From Octopus vulgaris (Eukaryota): DNA of 64,000 nucleotides. The notes under the pieces were generated by a model, which was not told the origin of the DNA, ran no database searches, and was given only the letters and a program-made list of their open reading frames with translations. Location of the stretch: NCBI GenBank assembly GCA_951406725.2, contig OX597834.1, positions 6,882,001 through 6,946,000 on the forward strand, written 5' to 3'. Numbering within the stretch: position 1 is the stretch's first letter; each line of letters begins with the position of its first letter. The position numbers and the translations under genes are program-made. Of this stretch, positions 13,447-28,566 are shown in pieces.

Positions 13447-13850
13447 GAGTGGCTATGTGGTAAGTAGCTTGCTAACTAACCACATGGTTCCAGGTTCAGT
13501 CCGACTGCATGGCATCTTGGGCAAGTGTCTTCTGCTATTGCCCCGGGCCGACCAATGCCTTGTCAGTGGATTTGGTAGACGGAAACTGAAAGAAGCCTGT
13601 CGTATATATGTATATATATATAAGTGTGTGTGTATATGTTTGTATGTCTGTGTTTGTCCCCCTAGCATTGCTTTACAACCGATGCCGTTGTGTTTATGTC
13701 CCCGTCACTTAGCGGTTCGGCAAAAGAGACCGATAGAATAAGTACTGGGCTTACAAAGAATAAGTCCCGGGATCGATTTGCTCGACTAAAAGGCGGTGCT
13801 CCAGCATGACCGCAGTCAAATGACTGAAACAAGTAAAAGAGAGTAAAGAG
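13447..13850 (+). mobile_element. Family A SINE
   Basis: Matches the reverse complement of 2950-3365. Confidence 0.9.
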
Positions 13851-13859
13851 AGAGAGAGA

Positions 13860-13892
<33 letters not shown>

Positions 13893-13894
<2 letters not shown>

Positions 13895-14120
13895 CATGTC
13901 AAAGGGAAATGAAATTTAATTAATATTAAAACATTCAATCAAAATTTACATTTCCAGTGGTCTAATGTGCAAAAAAAAATTAGTCAAGAAGACTATATAT
14001 TAGTCATACGATATAGTGTATATTTAAACACATAAGGCATCCACTTATAGGGAATTCTCTAGCGTGTTGTATTCCCTACAAGTGGATTCCTTATGTCTTT
14101 AAATATACACTATATCGTAT

Positions 14121-14125
<5 letters not shown>
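13893..14125 (-). mobile_element. Fold-back element in (TA)n
   Basis: 55-bp arms 14001-14055/14071-14125; ~105-bp tail on the left with CCAGTGGTC motif; hairpin recurs at 18328-18438. Confidence 0.75.
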
Positions 14126-14162
<37 letters not shown>

Positions 14163-14511
14163 CACCACATACCCACACATGCGCTTATATGTGCATATTT
14201 GTATATGCACGTAAGCATGTGTGTGCATGGATGAATAATATTCTTGAATGTCGATATGTATTTGGATTTGAGGAGATGTGTGTTTGTACGTGCTTATATG
14301 TGCATGCATGCACTTGTTTGTATGTGTATGTGTGTGTGTGTGTGTGAGAGAGAGACAGAAAGAGAGAGAAAGAAAATAAGTGTGTGGATCATTCTAGGAG
14401 TGAAGTTATATTCGATATATGTTAATATATTAACCTCTATCTATTTGTTTGTGTATTAAAATGTCCTATTCTGGTTACAATTACGTTGGAATCTATGTGT
14501 ATGTATGTATT

Positions 14512-14580
<69 letters not shown>

Positions 14581-15040
14581 CTCTCTCTCAGTGTCTGTAC
14601 GTATTTCTCTCTGTTTCTCTGCGAGTATTATTCGATTCTGTGCGATAGTATACGAAGGTGGTGCATTTCTATGTAAAGCCAAAGATTATTTCATTAACAT
14701 TCAGCAAACATCTATTTGATCTCTCTGAAGCCTTAGATAGGAGTTTGAGATTGCTTGCAGCAATCTTTCCTTTCATTAGTATGAGCTGGCTGTAAAAGTT
14801 TCACTTTTCATTCTTTCCTTCGTTTTTCCTTCACTTTCCTTCGTTTTTCCTTCTCTCCTCCTTATTTTCTCCTCCTTCTCCTCTTCCTCCTCTTTAACTT
14901 TGTTTTCGTTGTTTTTGTCTTTTATTCAGTTGTTTTTCTTTCCTTTGGCAACATCTTCCTCGTCCTCCTCCCCCCCTCTTTCCCCGCTTTCTTGCCTTCT
15001 AGTCATTTTGGGTACGAGCCTATATGTATGTATTTTCTGC

Positions 15041-15080
<40 letters not shown>

Positions 15081-15883
15081 ATGCATGTGTGTGTATGTGT
15101 ATGTGAGTCTTTGTGTGTATGTGAGTATTTGTGCTTGTAATCATATAGATGAATATTTTATATCGACTATGAAAATAATTCTTTTGTGCAAAGCGTTTAG
15201 TCAAAAGGCTCAACAAAATTGAAAAGAATCAGATTACCATTATAATACAATAACTTATAAGTACAGCTTTAATGAAGAAACACTTGAAAATATAATCAAG
15301 CTATACATTGAAATAAATACACACTAGAGGTACCTGTGAAAATTCCACAATTATTTTGAGAGCTCTGAGAGTGCTGAAGTTTATTAGAGGACACAATGAA
15401 ACACAAAGTTTCTTTTAGAATAGATATTATTCTAAAGTATTTGACACTTAAGATGGTGTCAAGTTGACATAGGCAGTACTGAAGGGGCAGTCTTCGTAAC
15501 AAAAGATGTGGTTTGCAGGAGAAGGAGGGCCTGTGACGACTATGTCTTTTGTTGTATGTTTTTTCGAAAAATTCTTCTTCTGGTTTGTGAATTGTCATCT
15601 GTTATTTTTAGCTTTTAATATGAAGAAATAAACAAACACTAGAAACGGTAACATGTAATTGTCTGCGAGAAAATTCCGGTCCACTTTACTTCTTTTTATT
15701 GAAAAGTATTGAAAAATATACTGAAAGAATAATGCCTATATACATACACACATATCTATACAAACATACATACATACATACATAAGTGTTTATGTATGTA
15801 TAATTATATATATATATATACTTATGTGTGCATGTGTATGTATTTATATCTATATGTATGTATGTATATCTATATGTATATAT

Positions 15884-15933
<50 letters not shown>

Positions 15934-15974
15934 CTATATATATGTATGTATATATATACATATGTATGTATATC

Positions 15975-16019
<45 letters not shown>

Positions 16020-16109
16020 GTATATATATATATGTATATATATGTATGTATATATATATGTATATATATGTATATATATGTATGGATGTATATGTATATA
16101 TATGTATGT

Positions 16110-16145
<36 letters not shown>

Positions 16146-16854
16146 CTATATATATGTATGTATATCTATATGTATGTATACATATGTATGTATATATATG
16201 TATGTATATCTATACAAACATACATACATACAAACATACATACATACATACATATATGTTTATGTATGTATAAGTATATATTATACTTATGTGTGCAAGT
16301 GTATGTATGTATGAATAGCAAATACTTTAAACAACTATAATTAGACAATAAAATTATAAACAACCTCTCCATAATATTGTTCTGCTTTCACATGTCTATA
16401 TTGATAATGAAGTGACAAATATTAATATGCTACACTGTATCCGTAATTTTTATATCGACTCGTTCTGTGATGTAGATACGAGATCCTATCTCAGTCCACA
16501 CTGTAAAGTGGCTGGCATTTGGAAGGGCATCCAGCTATAGAAACCTTGCCAAACTGACCTCACCTGTGTTTGTAGTGCGTAAAAAACCACTCTGTCCACT
16601 CTGCAGAGTGGTTGGTGCTAGGAAGGGCATTCAGTCACAAAAGCCCTGCCAAAACAGACACAGATGTCTGGTGCAGGTTCATGCCTGGCCAGCTCCTGTC
16701 AAACCGTCCAACTTATGCCAGCATGGAAGGCAGATATTAAACGATGATGATGTCATCTTTGGGTTTGGCAGTTCAAATGTAGAAAGCAGAAAATTTAAAC
16801 TAATTGAAGATACCCATGCATTTAGCCGATGCACATTTTATATTATTTTTATTT

Positions 16855-17150
16855 CCTTCTTGAGCCATACCTGGCTCATAAGGGCCAGTTTCCTGGTTTC
16901 TTGGCATATAGGTTCCCCACCTGGATGGGACGCTGGTCCATCGCAGGTGAGCTGCAAGATGCAGGAGGAAAGAGTGAGAGAAAGCTGTGGCGGAAGAGTC
17001 AGCAGATGTTCGCCATTACCTTCTGCGCGAGCCATGTGGAGCTTAGGTGTTTTCACTCATAAACACACACATCGCCTGGTCTGAGATTCGAACCGGCAAT
17101 CCCTCGACTGTGAGTCCACTGCTCTAACCACTAGGCCATGTGACTCCACC
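16855..17150 (-). mobile_element. tRNA-derived SINE with D-like head and body and a 10205-type tail
   Basis: Minus TGGCCTAGTGGTTAGAG..GGTTCGAATC, GAGTGAAAACACCTAAG; 3' part CTGGATGGGACG shared with 10205-10300. Confidence 0.65.
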
Positions 17151-18044
17151 CGCTGATGCACATCCCTCTAAATGATACTTATTAGCCTTCATAATCATCA
17201 TCATCATTTAACATCCATTTCCCAAGGTGGCATAGCTTGGATAGTTTGACCCAAGCTGGCATAGGTTGGATAGTTTGACCCAAGCTGGCATAGGTTGGAT
17301 AGTTTGACCCAAGCTGGCAAGCCAGAGAGCTCTATGAGGTTCCAGTCTGATTTGGCTTTGTGTCAGCACATGGGGTCCCTTCCTAATGAAAACAACTTTA
17401 CAGTGTGTACTGAATGCTTTTAATGTGACACCAGCACACTCACTAATACATGGCACATGAGTGCTTATTGTATGGTGCCAGTGTAAGTGCATTTTATGTG
17501 GCACCAGTGCAGGATTCTTGCAGACCAAACCTCTTAACCAGGATATGCAACCCTAACACTTCTGTTGTGGAGGGTGGAGATTTTCTTCAGCACAGCAAAA
17601 TGTCAGGTATTTTGATTCTTGGTCATCTCATCTGAAAGGTTCAGCATTCTGAGGGTCACCTTCAGTACTTTGTCCCATGTCTTCTTTGGTTTCCTTCTTC
17701 CATGAGTTCCTGGCACTTCTTTATGGAGCTGTCCGCATCCATCCATATCACATGACCAAACCAGCACAGTCTTCTCTCCTGCACAGCTTTCTTATTAGAA
17801 ATCCAATGCATCAAAGGTCCTTCTCAAGCCATAGATACACAAGGCTGGTTTTCTGGATTGTGTGGCATCTAAAGTTTTCTTCACTGGATGGGATATCAGT
17901 CTTGCAAAATTACTAATTTCTGCTTGCTGTGTGAACTAAGTTACAGTTGTGAAGCTGTGATGGGGGACAAGCAATGACATACACACAGAGATACACATAC
18001 ATACATGCATGCATACATACATACATACATATATACATACATAC

Positions 18045-18067
18045 ACTCCTAGAATGATCCACACACT

Positions 18068-18114
<47 letters not shown>

Positions 18115-18279
18115 ACACACACAAACAAGTGTATGCATGCACACATAAGCACGTACAAACGCACATCTCCTCAAATCCAAATACATATCGACATTCAAGA
18201 ATATTATTCATCCATGCACACACATCCTTACGTGCATATACAAATATGCACATATAAGTGCATGTGGGAGTATGTGGTG

Positions 18280-18331
<52 letters not shown>

Positions 18332-18438
18332 ATACGATATAGTGTATATTTAAACACATAAGGAATCCACTTAAAGGGAATTCAACACGCTAGAGAATTC
18401 CCTAAAAGTGGATTATTCCTTATGTGTTTAAATATACA
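18045..18438. repeat. Inverted copy of 14015-14402
   Basis: Unique text such as CATCTCCTCAAATCCAAATACATATCGACATTCAAGAATATTATTCATCC is the reverse complement of ~14230-14278. Confidence 0.9.
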
Positions 18439-18633
18439 TACATACATACATATATGTGGGTTGCTTTCAATTTCCTTCTACCAAATCCACTCACAAGTCT
18501 ATAGTTTGCCTGAGGCTATAGAAGACACTTGCCTAAGTTACCTTGCAATGGGACTGAACCCAGGACTATGTGGTTGCCAAGCAAAGATCCTTACCACACA
18601 GTCACACCTGTGGCTATATAAATAAAAAATATC

Positions 18634-18743
18634 TGCCCTTGGTGAGACTCAATCTCACAACCTTCACATATCTCCTAGTTTCTACTCCCTATACAGTGTA
18701 CTGCCTATAAAGTATGACAAGCTAACTGTTGTGCTACTGGGGC
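18634..18743 (-). pseudogene. Degenerate intron-containing tRNA-Ile(UAU) gene
   Basis: Minus GCCCCAGTAGCACAACAGTTAGC..TACTTTATA-[~36-nt intron]-ATGTGAAGGTTGTGAGATTGAGTCTCACCAAGGGCA aligns to the metazoan Ile-TAT layout (GCTCCAGTGGCGCAATCGGTTAGC..TACTTATA..GAGGTTGTGAGTTCGA.CCTCACCTGGAGCA); T5 terminator follows; acceptor stem and B box mutated. Confidence 0.75.
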
Positions 18744-18980
18744 AGCTGTGATTCCTTCTTTCATGAATTTGGTCATCAACTTGAAGCCTCTTTCAGTTCT
18801 TCTCTTGTGCAAACGAACTTAGTGTGATATTGTTCTCGTTGTGTAACTCTAGATCTATGATCAAATATGTCTCAGACATAATGATTTCAATTTGTGTTGT
18901 TCCCTAATTCCTAGACAAAGGGTATCAAAGACTGTCCATTTCTTTTTACACAGATACAGTATAATTTGAGAATGATTATT

Positions 18981-19184
18981 ACTCTTTTACTTGTTTCAGT
19001 CATTTGACTGCGACCATGCTGGAGCACCGCCTTTAATCGAGCAACTCGACTCCGAGACTTATTCTTTGTAAGCCCAGTACTTATTCTATCGGTCTCTTTT
19101 GCCGAACCGCTAAGTTATGGGGACATAAACACACCAGCATCAATTGTCAAGCGATGCTGGGGACACACACACAAACATACACGC

Positions 19185-19235
<51 letters not shown>

Positions 19236-19408
19236 CATATATACGACGGGCTTCTTTCGGTTTCCGTCTACGAAATCCACTCACAAGGCTTTAGTCAACC
19301 CGAGGCTATAGTAGAAGACACTTGCCCAAGGTGCCACGCAGTGGGACTGAACCCGGAACCATGTGGTTGGTAAACAAGCTACTTACCACACAGCCACTCC
19401 TACGCCTA
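18981..19408 (-). mobile_element. Family A SINE
   Basis: Matches 2950-3365. Confidence 0.9.
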
Positions 19409-20451
19409 TGTGCATGAAGAACTGCATTAGTCACTATTTTAGTGAGGAAATCTAATAAGACAGAAATAAGTCCATTCCATTGCATTCACCAATTGGTTTT
19501 ATAGACCAGATCCACTCCAAATAACTCTTGTATAGTATTTACTGTATTTACTAAAATTTCACTTCACTGATCTTACAATAGTTATCTCCCTTTTTGTTGC
19601 AGTTAGATCTGGTTATATTTAGAGCAGGTGGGCGTTTTTGTCTACTAATTGCATGGTTTATCACAGTTAATTAATGATTTTCGACACGCTGTATTATATA
19701 TGCAAGTGTCCTTCCCATAAGTTGGTCAAAACAGACAATCAACGCTCTGAGTTTGCAGAGAAAGTACAATAACTTTTGCCAATATCTCATGACTCTCTGT
19801 AATTCGGTAGACACTGAGAAAGCTATGAATAGATAAATGGCTATTGAGAGCAATTTAGGCTCTGCGTAATTATGTCATTAATGTTGTACACTTGCATCAG
19901 CGGGGAAAATTTTTATTATTATTAATTATATTATATAGTATTATTACTATTTCCGTTCTCAGTTAAATGATCTAATACTAGTTTATGGCCCTGAGGTGCA
20001 ACTTATGACAAGTAATTTTGGATCATAAGCCTTTTATACTTATTTTATTTGTAATCTAATCACAAACTCCAACACATTTCATAATGACTTAGAGGTCCAT
20101 AATAAAGTGCTTTTGGGGAACCATTACTCTAATATTGATTACTGTGTTAGTTAAGCTGAAGTCTAAAGCTGCAGGCCTGACTTTGTGGTGTGCAATCGTG
20201 ATTTCTGTAAGTCTACTCATTTATTGTGTTTGCTTTACAAGATATTTCTTCTTCAACTCTCGTTTATTGCTCGTATTGCATTTTATGGCACACAAATTGG
20301 AATTTTTCTGACCAAGACTTACAGCCAAAATATGTAGGTCGACTTATATGCCAAGGTAACTTTGAAGGAACAAAAACTCCATGTGAACAGCACCAGAATT
20401 TGGTAAGAGAGTGGAATGTTTGCGCTGCATGTTTATGCTACATTAGCTTAT

Positions 20452-21443
20452 ATGAGAAGGTGCTGAAAGGTTCCTGGTTTTGGGTAAAAGAAAATACAGG
20501 AGGATCGGTTAAGTATGGTTTAATCAACACACATATTGCAGTGGCTCTTCAGTTTTGACATGGTTCTCACAGCTAGATGCCCTTCCATATGCCAACCACT
20601 TTACAGTGTGGAGTGGATGCTTTTTACGTCACACCAGCACTGGCAGGGTCACCGAATAACTTACAAGACAAAGATCCTTTCAGAGGGGTGGGGACATTGG
20701 AAGAGGTGGCCTGGTGCCAGACGAAAAAAGGTGAGAGTGTGACAGAGGGAATAGTTGAAAAACTTTGATGTAGAATCTCGGTTCAAGAACAGTGAAAAAA
20801 GGCATAAAAGAAAGGTTTATCAATAATGAAGAATGAAATGTAAGAATTAAGCAGAATGGTGTCTTAGAAATTGTGCAGAATGGTGTGAATGAATGGTAAG
20901 AATGGAACTATTACTGGAAGTTATCAGAGATCTTGGAATAAGACTTTCATCCATTAAGTAGATAACAGATTTATTTCAACATACCTTTAGTCATTGCTAT
21001 CTTTAGTTGAGGTCACTGCATGTTTTTCAATCATAGCACAATTTTGTCTCATTCTTGGAGGTCTTGAAAATAAAATGTTGTAGACTAAACTATTGAACAA
21101 AATTAGAAGAAAAGGATTGAAAAATGTTTCGTATTTTCTGAGTGCTGAACAGTTCTTGGCTTTAAGGGTATCATGAAAGGTTTGGTTGGAGGTCCAACCT
21201 TCCAAGTTCTACAGGGCTTAGAAAAACTGAAGAGCCACTATTCTCTCTGTCACATTCTCACCTTTTTTCGTCTGGCACCAGGCCACCTCTTCCAATGTCC
21301 CCACCCCTCTGAAAGGATCTTTGTCTTGTAGGTTATTCAGTGACCCTGCCAGTGCTGGTGTGATGTAAAAAGCATCCATTCCACACTGTAAAGTGGTTGG
21401 CACATGGAAGGGCATCTAGCTGTGAGAACCATGTCAAAACTGA
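20452..21443. other. Mariner-like MITE split by a local inversion with a ~205-bp inverted duplication
   Basis: MITE left half 20452-20556, right half inverted at 21140-21240; 20549-20755 is the reverse complement of 21237-21443. Confidence 0.8.
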
Positions 21444-21764
21444 CCTCACCTGTGTTCATGCCACGTAAAAAGCACTCAGTTCACTCTGTGGGAGGAGGGG
21501 CCGGTATTTGGAAGGGCATCCAGCCATAAACTAAACCATCCCAAAATAGTGAGGCCTGGGGCAGTTTTCTGTCTGCTCAGCCCCTGTCAAACCACTCCAC
21601 TCATGCCAGCATAGAAAACAGACATTAAATACTGCTGATAATGATGATGATGATGATGATGCTTGACCCCTTTGAGTCCTGTTTTACTCAGGTGAACCCT
21701 CATAGCCCTTTAAATATTTTTAGGAATTGTATCAAAATAGTTCAAATGTTTTATTCTTTTATTC

Positions 21765-22175
21765 TTTTGTTTGTTTCAGTCATTGGACTGCGACCATGTT
21801 GGAGCACCACCTTTAGTCAAGCAAATCGACCCTAGCACTTATTCTTTGTAAGACCAGTACCTATTCTATCGGTCTCTTTAGCTGAACTGCTAAGTTACAG
21901 GGGACGTAAACACACCAGCATTGGTTGCCAAGCAATGGTGGGAGGACAAACACAGACACACAAACATTTACATGCATACACACACACACTCACACATGCA
22001 TATATATATACAACAGGCTTCCTTCAGTTTCCACCAACCAAATCCACTCACAGGGCTTTAGTTGGCCAAAGGCTATAGTAGAAGGCATTTATCCAAGGTG
22101 CCATGCAGTGGGACTGAACCCGGAACCATGTGGCTTGGAAGCAGGCTTCTTACCACACAGCTACTCCTGCATACT
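21765..22175 (-). mobile_element. Family A SINE
   Basis: Matches 2950-3365. Confidence 0.85.
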
Positions 22176-22267
22176 TAGAAGTATAAACAAATTATTGCAG
22201 TCTTAAATGGAACTGCAAGGGCCATATGGACCTTGGTTTCCATATCATTCTACACTGTTCTTCATAT

Positions 22268-22870
22268 ACCTATTTCTTTACTATCCACAAGGGGCTAAGC
22301 ACAGAGGAGACAAACAAGGACAGACAAATGAATTAAGTCGATTATATCGACCCCAGTGCATAACTGGTACTTAATTTATCGACCCCGAAAGGATGAAAGG
22401 CAAAGTCAACCTCGGCGGAATTTGAACTCAACGTAACTGCAGAGGAAATACCTATTGCTTTACTACCTACAATGGGCTAAACATAGAGGGGACAGACAAG
22501 GACAGACAAATGGATTAAGTCGATTATATCGACCCCAGTGTGTAACTGGTACTTAATTTATCGACCCCGAAAGGATAAAAGGTGAAGTCAACCTTGGTGG
22601 AATTTGAACTCAGAACGTAACGACAGACAAAATACCTATTTCTTTACTATCCACAAGGGGCTAAACACAGAGGAGACAAACAAGGACAGACAAACGGATT
22701 AAGTCGATTATATCGACCCCAGTGCATAACTGGTACTTAATTTATCGACCCCGAAAGGATGAAAGGCAAAGTCGACCTCGGCGGAATTTGAACTCAGAAC
22801 GCAGCGACAGACGAAATACCGCTAAGTATTTTGCCCGGCGTGCTATCAGTTCTGCCAGCTTGCCACCCTA
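22268..22870 (-). mobile_element. Family B tRNA-derived SINE, three tandem units
   Basis: ACCTATT(T/G)CTTTACTA at 22268, 22450 and 22634; single head at the right; central GGTCGACTTTGCCTTTCATCCTTTCGGGGTCGATAAA resembles the Meta-type SINE domain (from memory). Confidence 0.85.
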
Positions 22871-23115
22871 AGAATCGCATGTTCTTCATATACCATGTTA
22901 TACTGCTCTCCCACCTTGTTCTATACATTTCCTATCATTCCATTATGCCATTCTGTTGCCATTCTTGGCACATGCATCATGCATTATTTTATTTGCTCTC
23001 TATGTTATCTTCAGAACAAATTTACCGTTTCTCTCTTGTTTCCAGAGGAAATTAGCTTAACATTAAACCAATCCATCATGGAAGAAATTTTAAAGAGGCT
23101 GTTAATGATAATACA

Positions 23116-24480
<1,365 letters not shown>

Positions 24481-25184
24481 TTACATTATTTACATTCGAT
24501 GGATATTTGTCCTCATCTTGTTTGCTGTTGACACGTTTCACCTTCAACAGGTATCTTGAGGAAATTTCAAACCAGGTTCTCATTCCAAATTTTGGCATGA
24601 GGCCGGCAACTTGGGGGCAGGGGCTAAATCGATTAAACCAACCCCTGTGATCAACTGGTATTTATTTTATTGACCCTGGAAGGATGAAAGGCAAAGTCGG
24701 CCCCAGTGGAATTTGAAACCAGAAAGTAAAGATGGGTGAAACGCTGCTACGAAATTAGCCTGGGATGCTAACGAGTCTCCCTGCTCCCTGCCTTTAATTA
24801 ATATCATTATATTCTCTGCCATTACTAACTACTTTTTTTTAAAGGAACCTCTACATGGTCATTTGACTTGCTAAAAATATCAGCTAAATTTCCCTCAAGT
24901 CAAAACATATCTAAAAAAAGGACACAGGCAATTGTATTTGCAGATAAACAAAAAGACAGTATGATCGTGACTGGCATGTCCTTGATCATGTCTGCTTGGC
25001 CAGGTATGACCTGGGGTTAAACAGCATTTGATGAACCAGGTTTCAAGAATCCTATTCTAGTAGTTCTTTTTATAAATGGTTTTTCTTATGTACATTGGAT
25101 AATGTAGTCCTAGATACACTATGCCGGTTGGATAATGGTGATCCAAGATGCAATATGTCCATCTTGTGTATGTATACTCTTTGC

Positions 25185-26285
25185 TCTTTTTACTCTATTA
25201 CTTGTTTCAGTCATTTGACTGTGGCCATGCTGGAGCACCGCCTTTAGTCGAGCAAGTCGACCTCAGGACTTATTCTTTGTAAGCTTAGTACTTATTCTAT
25301 CATTCTCTTTTGCCGAACTGCTAAGTTACGGAGACGTAAACACACCAGCATCGGTTGTCAAGCGATGTTTGGGGGACAAACACAGACACACAAACATATA
25401 CACACACATACATATATATATACATATATACGATAGGCTTCTTTCAGTTTCCGTCTACCAAATCCACTCACAAATCCACTCACAAATCCACTCGCCCAAG
25501 GTGCCACGCAGTGGGACTGCACCTGGAACCATGTGGTTTGTAGGCAAACTACTTACCACACAGCCACTCTTGCGCCTCCTACGTATGTGGATATGCGTAA
25601 GTATATTCACATGTTTGTGCCTGTGTGTGTGTGTGTGTATGTGTCTAAGTTTATCTGTCATTCCTTACCAATTGAAGGGTAAGGATTGGTGTAGGAGTGG
25701 CTGTGTGGTAAATAGCTTGCTTACAAACCACATGGTTCCGGGTTCAGTCCTACTGCGTGGCACCTTAGGCAAGTGTCTTCTACTATAGCCTCGGGCCAAC
25801 CAAAGCCTTGTGAGTGGATTTGGTAGACAGAAACTGAAAGAAGCCCATTGTATATATACATATGTATATATATATATATTTCCTCTGTCTTCCCTTCTCT
25901 GGATCTTTCCTTCTCCTATGTTTCCGACGAAGAGCTCCGCTCGAAATGTTAAACCCTCCTTCTTTCCTTCTTTCTTGAGCGTCCAACAATACTATATTTG
26001 TTCCACGTCCTAGCGTTGTTGTGTTTTTTTTGTGCCTTCTTGTTTGGATTAACTGTATATATATGTATGTATGTGTGTGTATATGTTTGTGTGTCTTTGT
26101 TTGTCTCCCCAACATTGCTTGTTTATGTGTTTATGTCCCCCGTAACTTAGTGTTTCAGCAAAAGAGACTGATAAAATAAGTACTAGGCCTACAAAGAATA
26201 AGTCCTGGGGTCGATTTGCTTGAATAAAGGCGGTGCTTCAGCATGGCCACAGTCAAATGACTGAAACAAATAAAAGAGTAAAAGA
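25185..26285. mobile_element. Head-to-head pair of family A SINEs (25185-25578 minus, 25690-26285 plus)
   Basis: Opposite orientations ~110 bp apart; the second carries an insert at 25879-26055. Confidence 0.85.
25920..25954 (+). ncRNA. Degenerate minimal hammerhead motif in an insert (25879-26055) within the TA tract of a SINE
   Basis: GTTT-CCGACGA-A GAGC tcc GCTC-GAAAT-GTTA-AAC. Confidence 0.5.
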
Positions 26286-27085
26286 ATAATTGGTACCGGT
26301 TGGTTGACATACCTGTAACTTAGTGGTTCATCAAACGAAACCTGATAGAGGAAGTACCAGACTCAAAAATAAGTATGAGATACCAGAGTCGATCAAATTG
26401 AATGCGGTACTTATTGGTCCATCTGAAATATAATATTGATTTCTGTTTGATCGACTATATTCATAAAGTAGTGCTGCAGCTTGGGCAAGTTGTAAGTAAA
26501 AGAATATTAGGATAAAATTATGAAATTTGTGTCTCTTCTTGTAATCCTGTAATATTAATATGTCTTTCAGCTGTTGACATTTAATAACCATTGTCTTATT
26601 TTAGAGTCCTATCTGCATCACTGGTGATGTCCTCGCTAGTTTCATGCACACATATATACACACAAACACACATTTATACATACACACACACACAAACATA
26701 CATACATACATACATACATACATACATACATACATACAGAGATGGCCATAAGTCGTTTCATCCAGTTCTAAGAATAATGGCAAACGCAAATGAGTAAAGC
26801 TATCTAGGGACATCCCTGTTTACACACACACACACATACATACATACATACATACATACATACATACATACATACATACATACATACATACATACATACA
26901 TACATACATTCATACATGCCTACAACTACACACGCACACACACACACACATGTATGCTTGTATGCACATGTGTACACATACATATATATACATATATATA
27001 CACACACGTATATGTGTATATGTATGTGTGTATATGTCTATATATACTCATATATTTATATGTATATATACATTCATACATACAT

Positions 27086-27136
<51 letters not shown>

Positions 27137-28202
27137 CACATACACATATACATATATAAATGTGTGTGCATATGTATATACATACATTATATATATATAG
27201 TATGTATATACACACACACATATAATATATAATACAATATACTGTGATGTAATACATTGAAAACAGACACAAAATAGCTGGCAGAATCATTAGCACGCCG
27301 GGCGAAATGCTTAGCGGTATTTTGTCTGCCGTTAAGTTGTGAGTTCAAATTCCACCGAGGTCGACTTTGCCGTTCATCCTTTTGGGGTTGATAAATTAAG
27401 TACCAGTCACACACTGTGGTCAATAAAATCGACTTAATCCGTTTGATTCTCTTGTTCACTAAATGCTGTGTCTAGAACTAAATCATACCAGGAATGTAGT
27501 GTACCTATGTTCAAAGAACATAACACGTCCTATATTATCCGTTGTCTGTTGTTCCTTTGATGTATCTATTTATTTATATATTGATTTCGGTTTGGCATTT
27601 TTTTGAGTGGCTTTTTATTGCTCCAGTAATATTCACAGTCTCACAGAAATCATAACACCTCCATTTTTACCATTTCTGCTTAATACTCGCTTCTTAAACC
27701 CACCTGTATACTATTGTGTATATATTAAATATATACAATTGTATACAAATTTTTCCCAAGTGTTAAACTAATACACCTGCTTGTTGTTTCTACACCTGTC
27801 TTCAGATTTATTTTTATATGTGTGTGTGTGTGTGTGTGTGTGTATATACATATATAAATGTGTGTGTATATATATATGTGTATGTATGTATATATGTATG
27901 TAAATATGGATATATATCATCATCATCATTGTTTAACGTCCGTTTTCTGCGCTAGCACGGGTTGGACGGTTCGACCGAGGTTTGGGAAGCCAGGGGCTGC
28001 ACCAGACTCCAGTCTGATCTGGCAATGTTTCTACAGCTGGATGCCCTTCCTAACGCCAACCACTCAGCGAGTGTAGTGGGTGCTTTTTACGTGCTGCCTG
28101 CCCATCGGCCACGTTCGGATGGTGCTTTTTATGTGCCACCGGCACTGGAGCCAGTTGAGGCAGCACTGTATATATCTATGTATATATATGTATGTATATA
28201 CA

Positions 28203-28302
<100 letters not shown>

Positions 28303-28416
28303 CGAACACATAAGACAGCTATTATGCTTACTCCCCACAAAACACCACCAAGTGGATTCTGTTGAGACCAGTAAGAAACAATTATGAACTTATTTATTAC
28401 TCTTAACTTTTTTAAT

Positions 28417-28464
28417 ATTTTTGATAAGGTTTGTTTTTTCAAGAAGAACCGAAACATGTAAAAT
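28417..28464 (+). ncRNA. Type I hammerhead with U3-A8 core variant, in a (TA)n-bounded insert (28303-28520)
   Basis: ATTT-TTGATAA-GGTT..AACC-GAAAC-AT-GTA-AAAT; palindromic ACATGT stem III. Confidence 0.65.
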
Positions 28465-28520
28465 TTTAAGAAAATTAAAATTTATAGTGTCATTTTCAAT
28501 CTTCTTTTTTATAAACATAA

Positions 28521-28564
<44 letters not shown>

Positions 28565-28566
<2 letters not shown>

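Noticed and set aside
19601-19612. 12-nt match to the 5' end of miR-750 on the minus strand (from memory)
   Set aside because: The remainder diverges and no precursor hairpin is evident.
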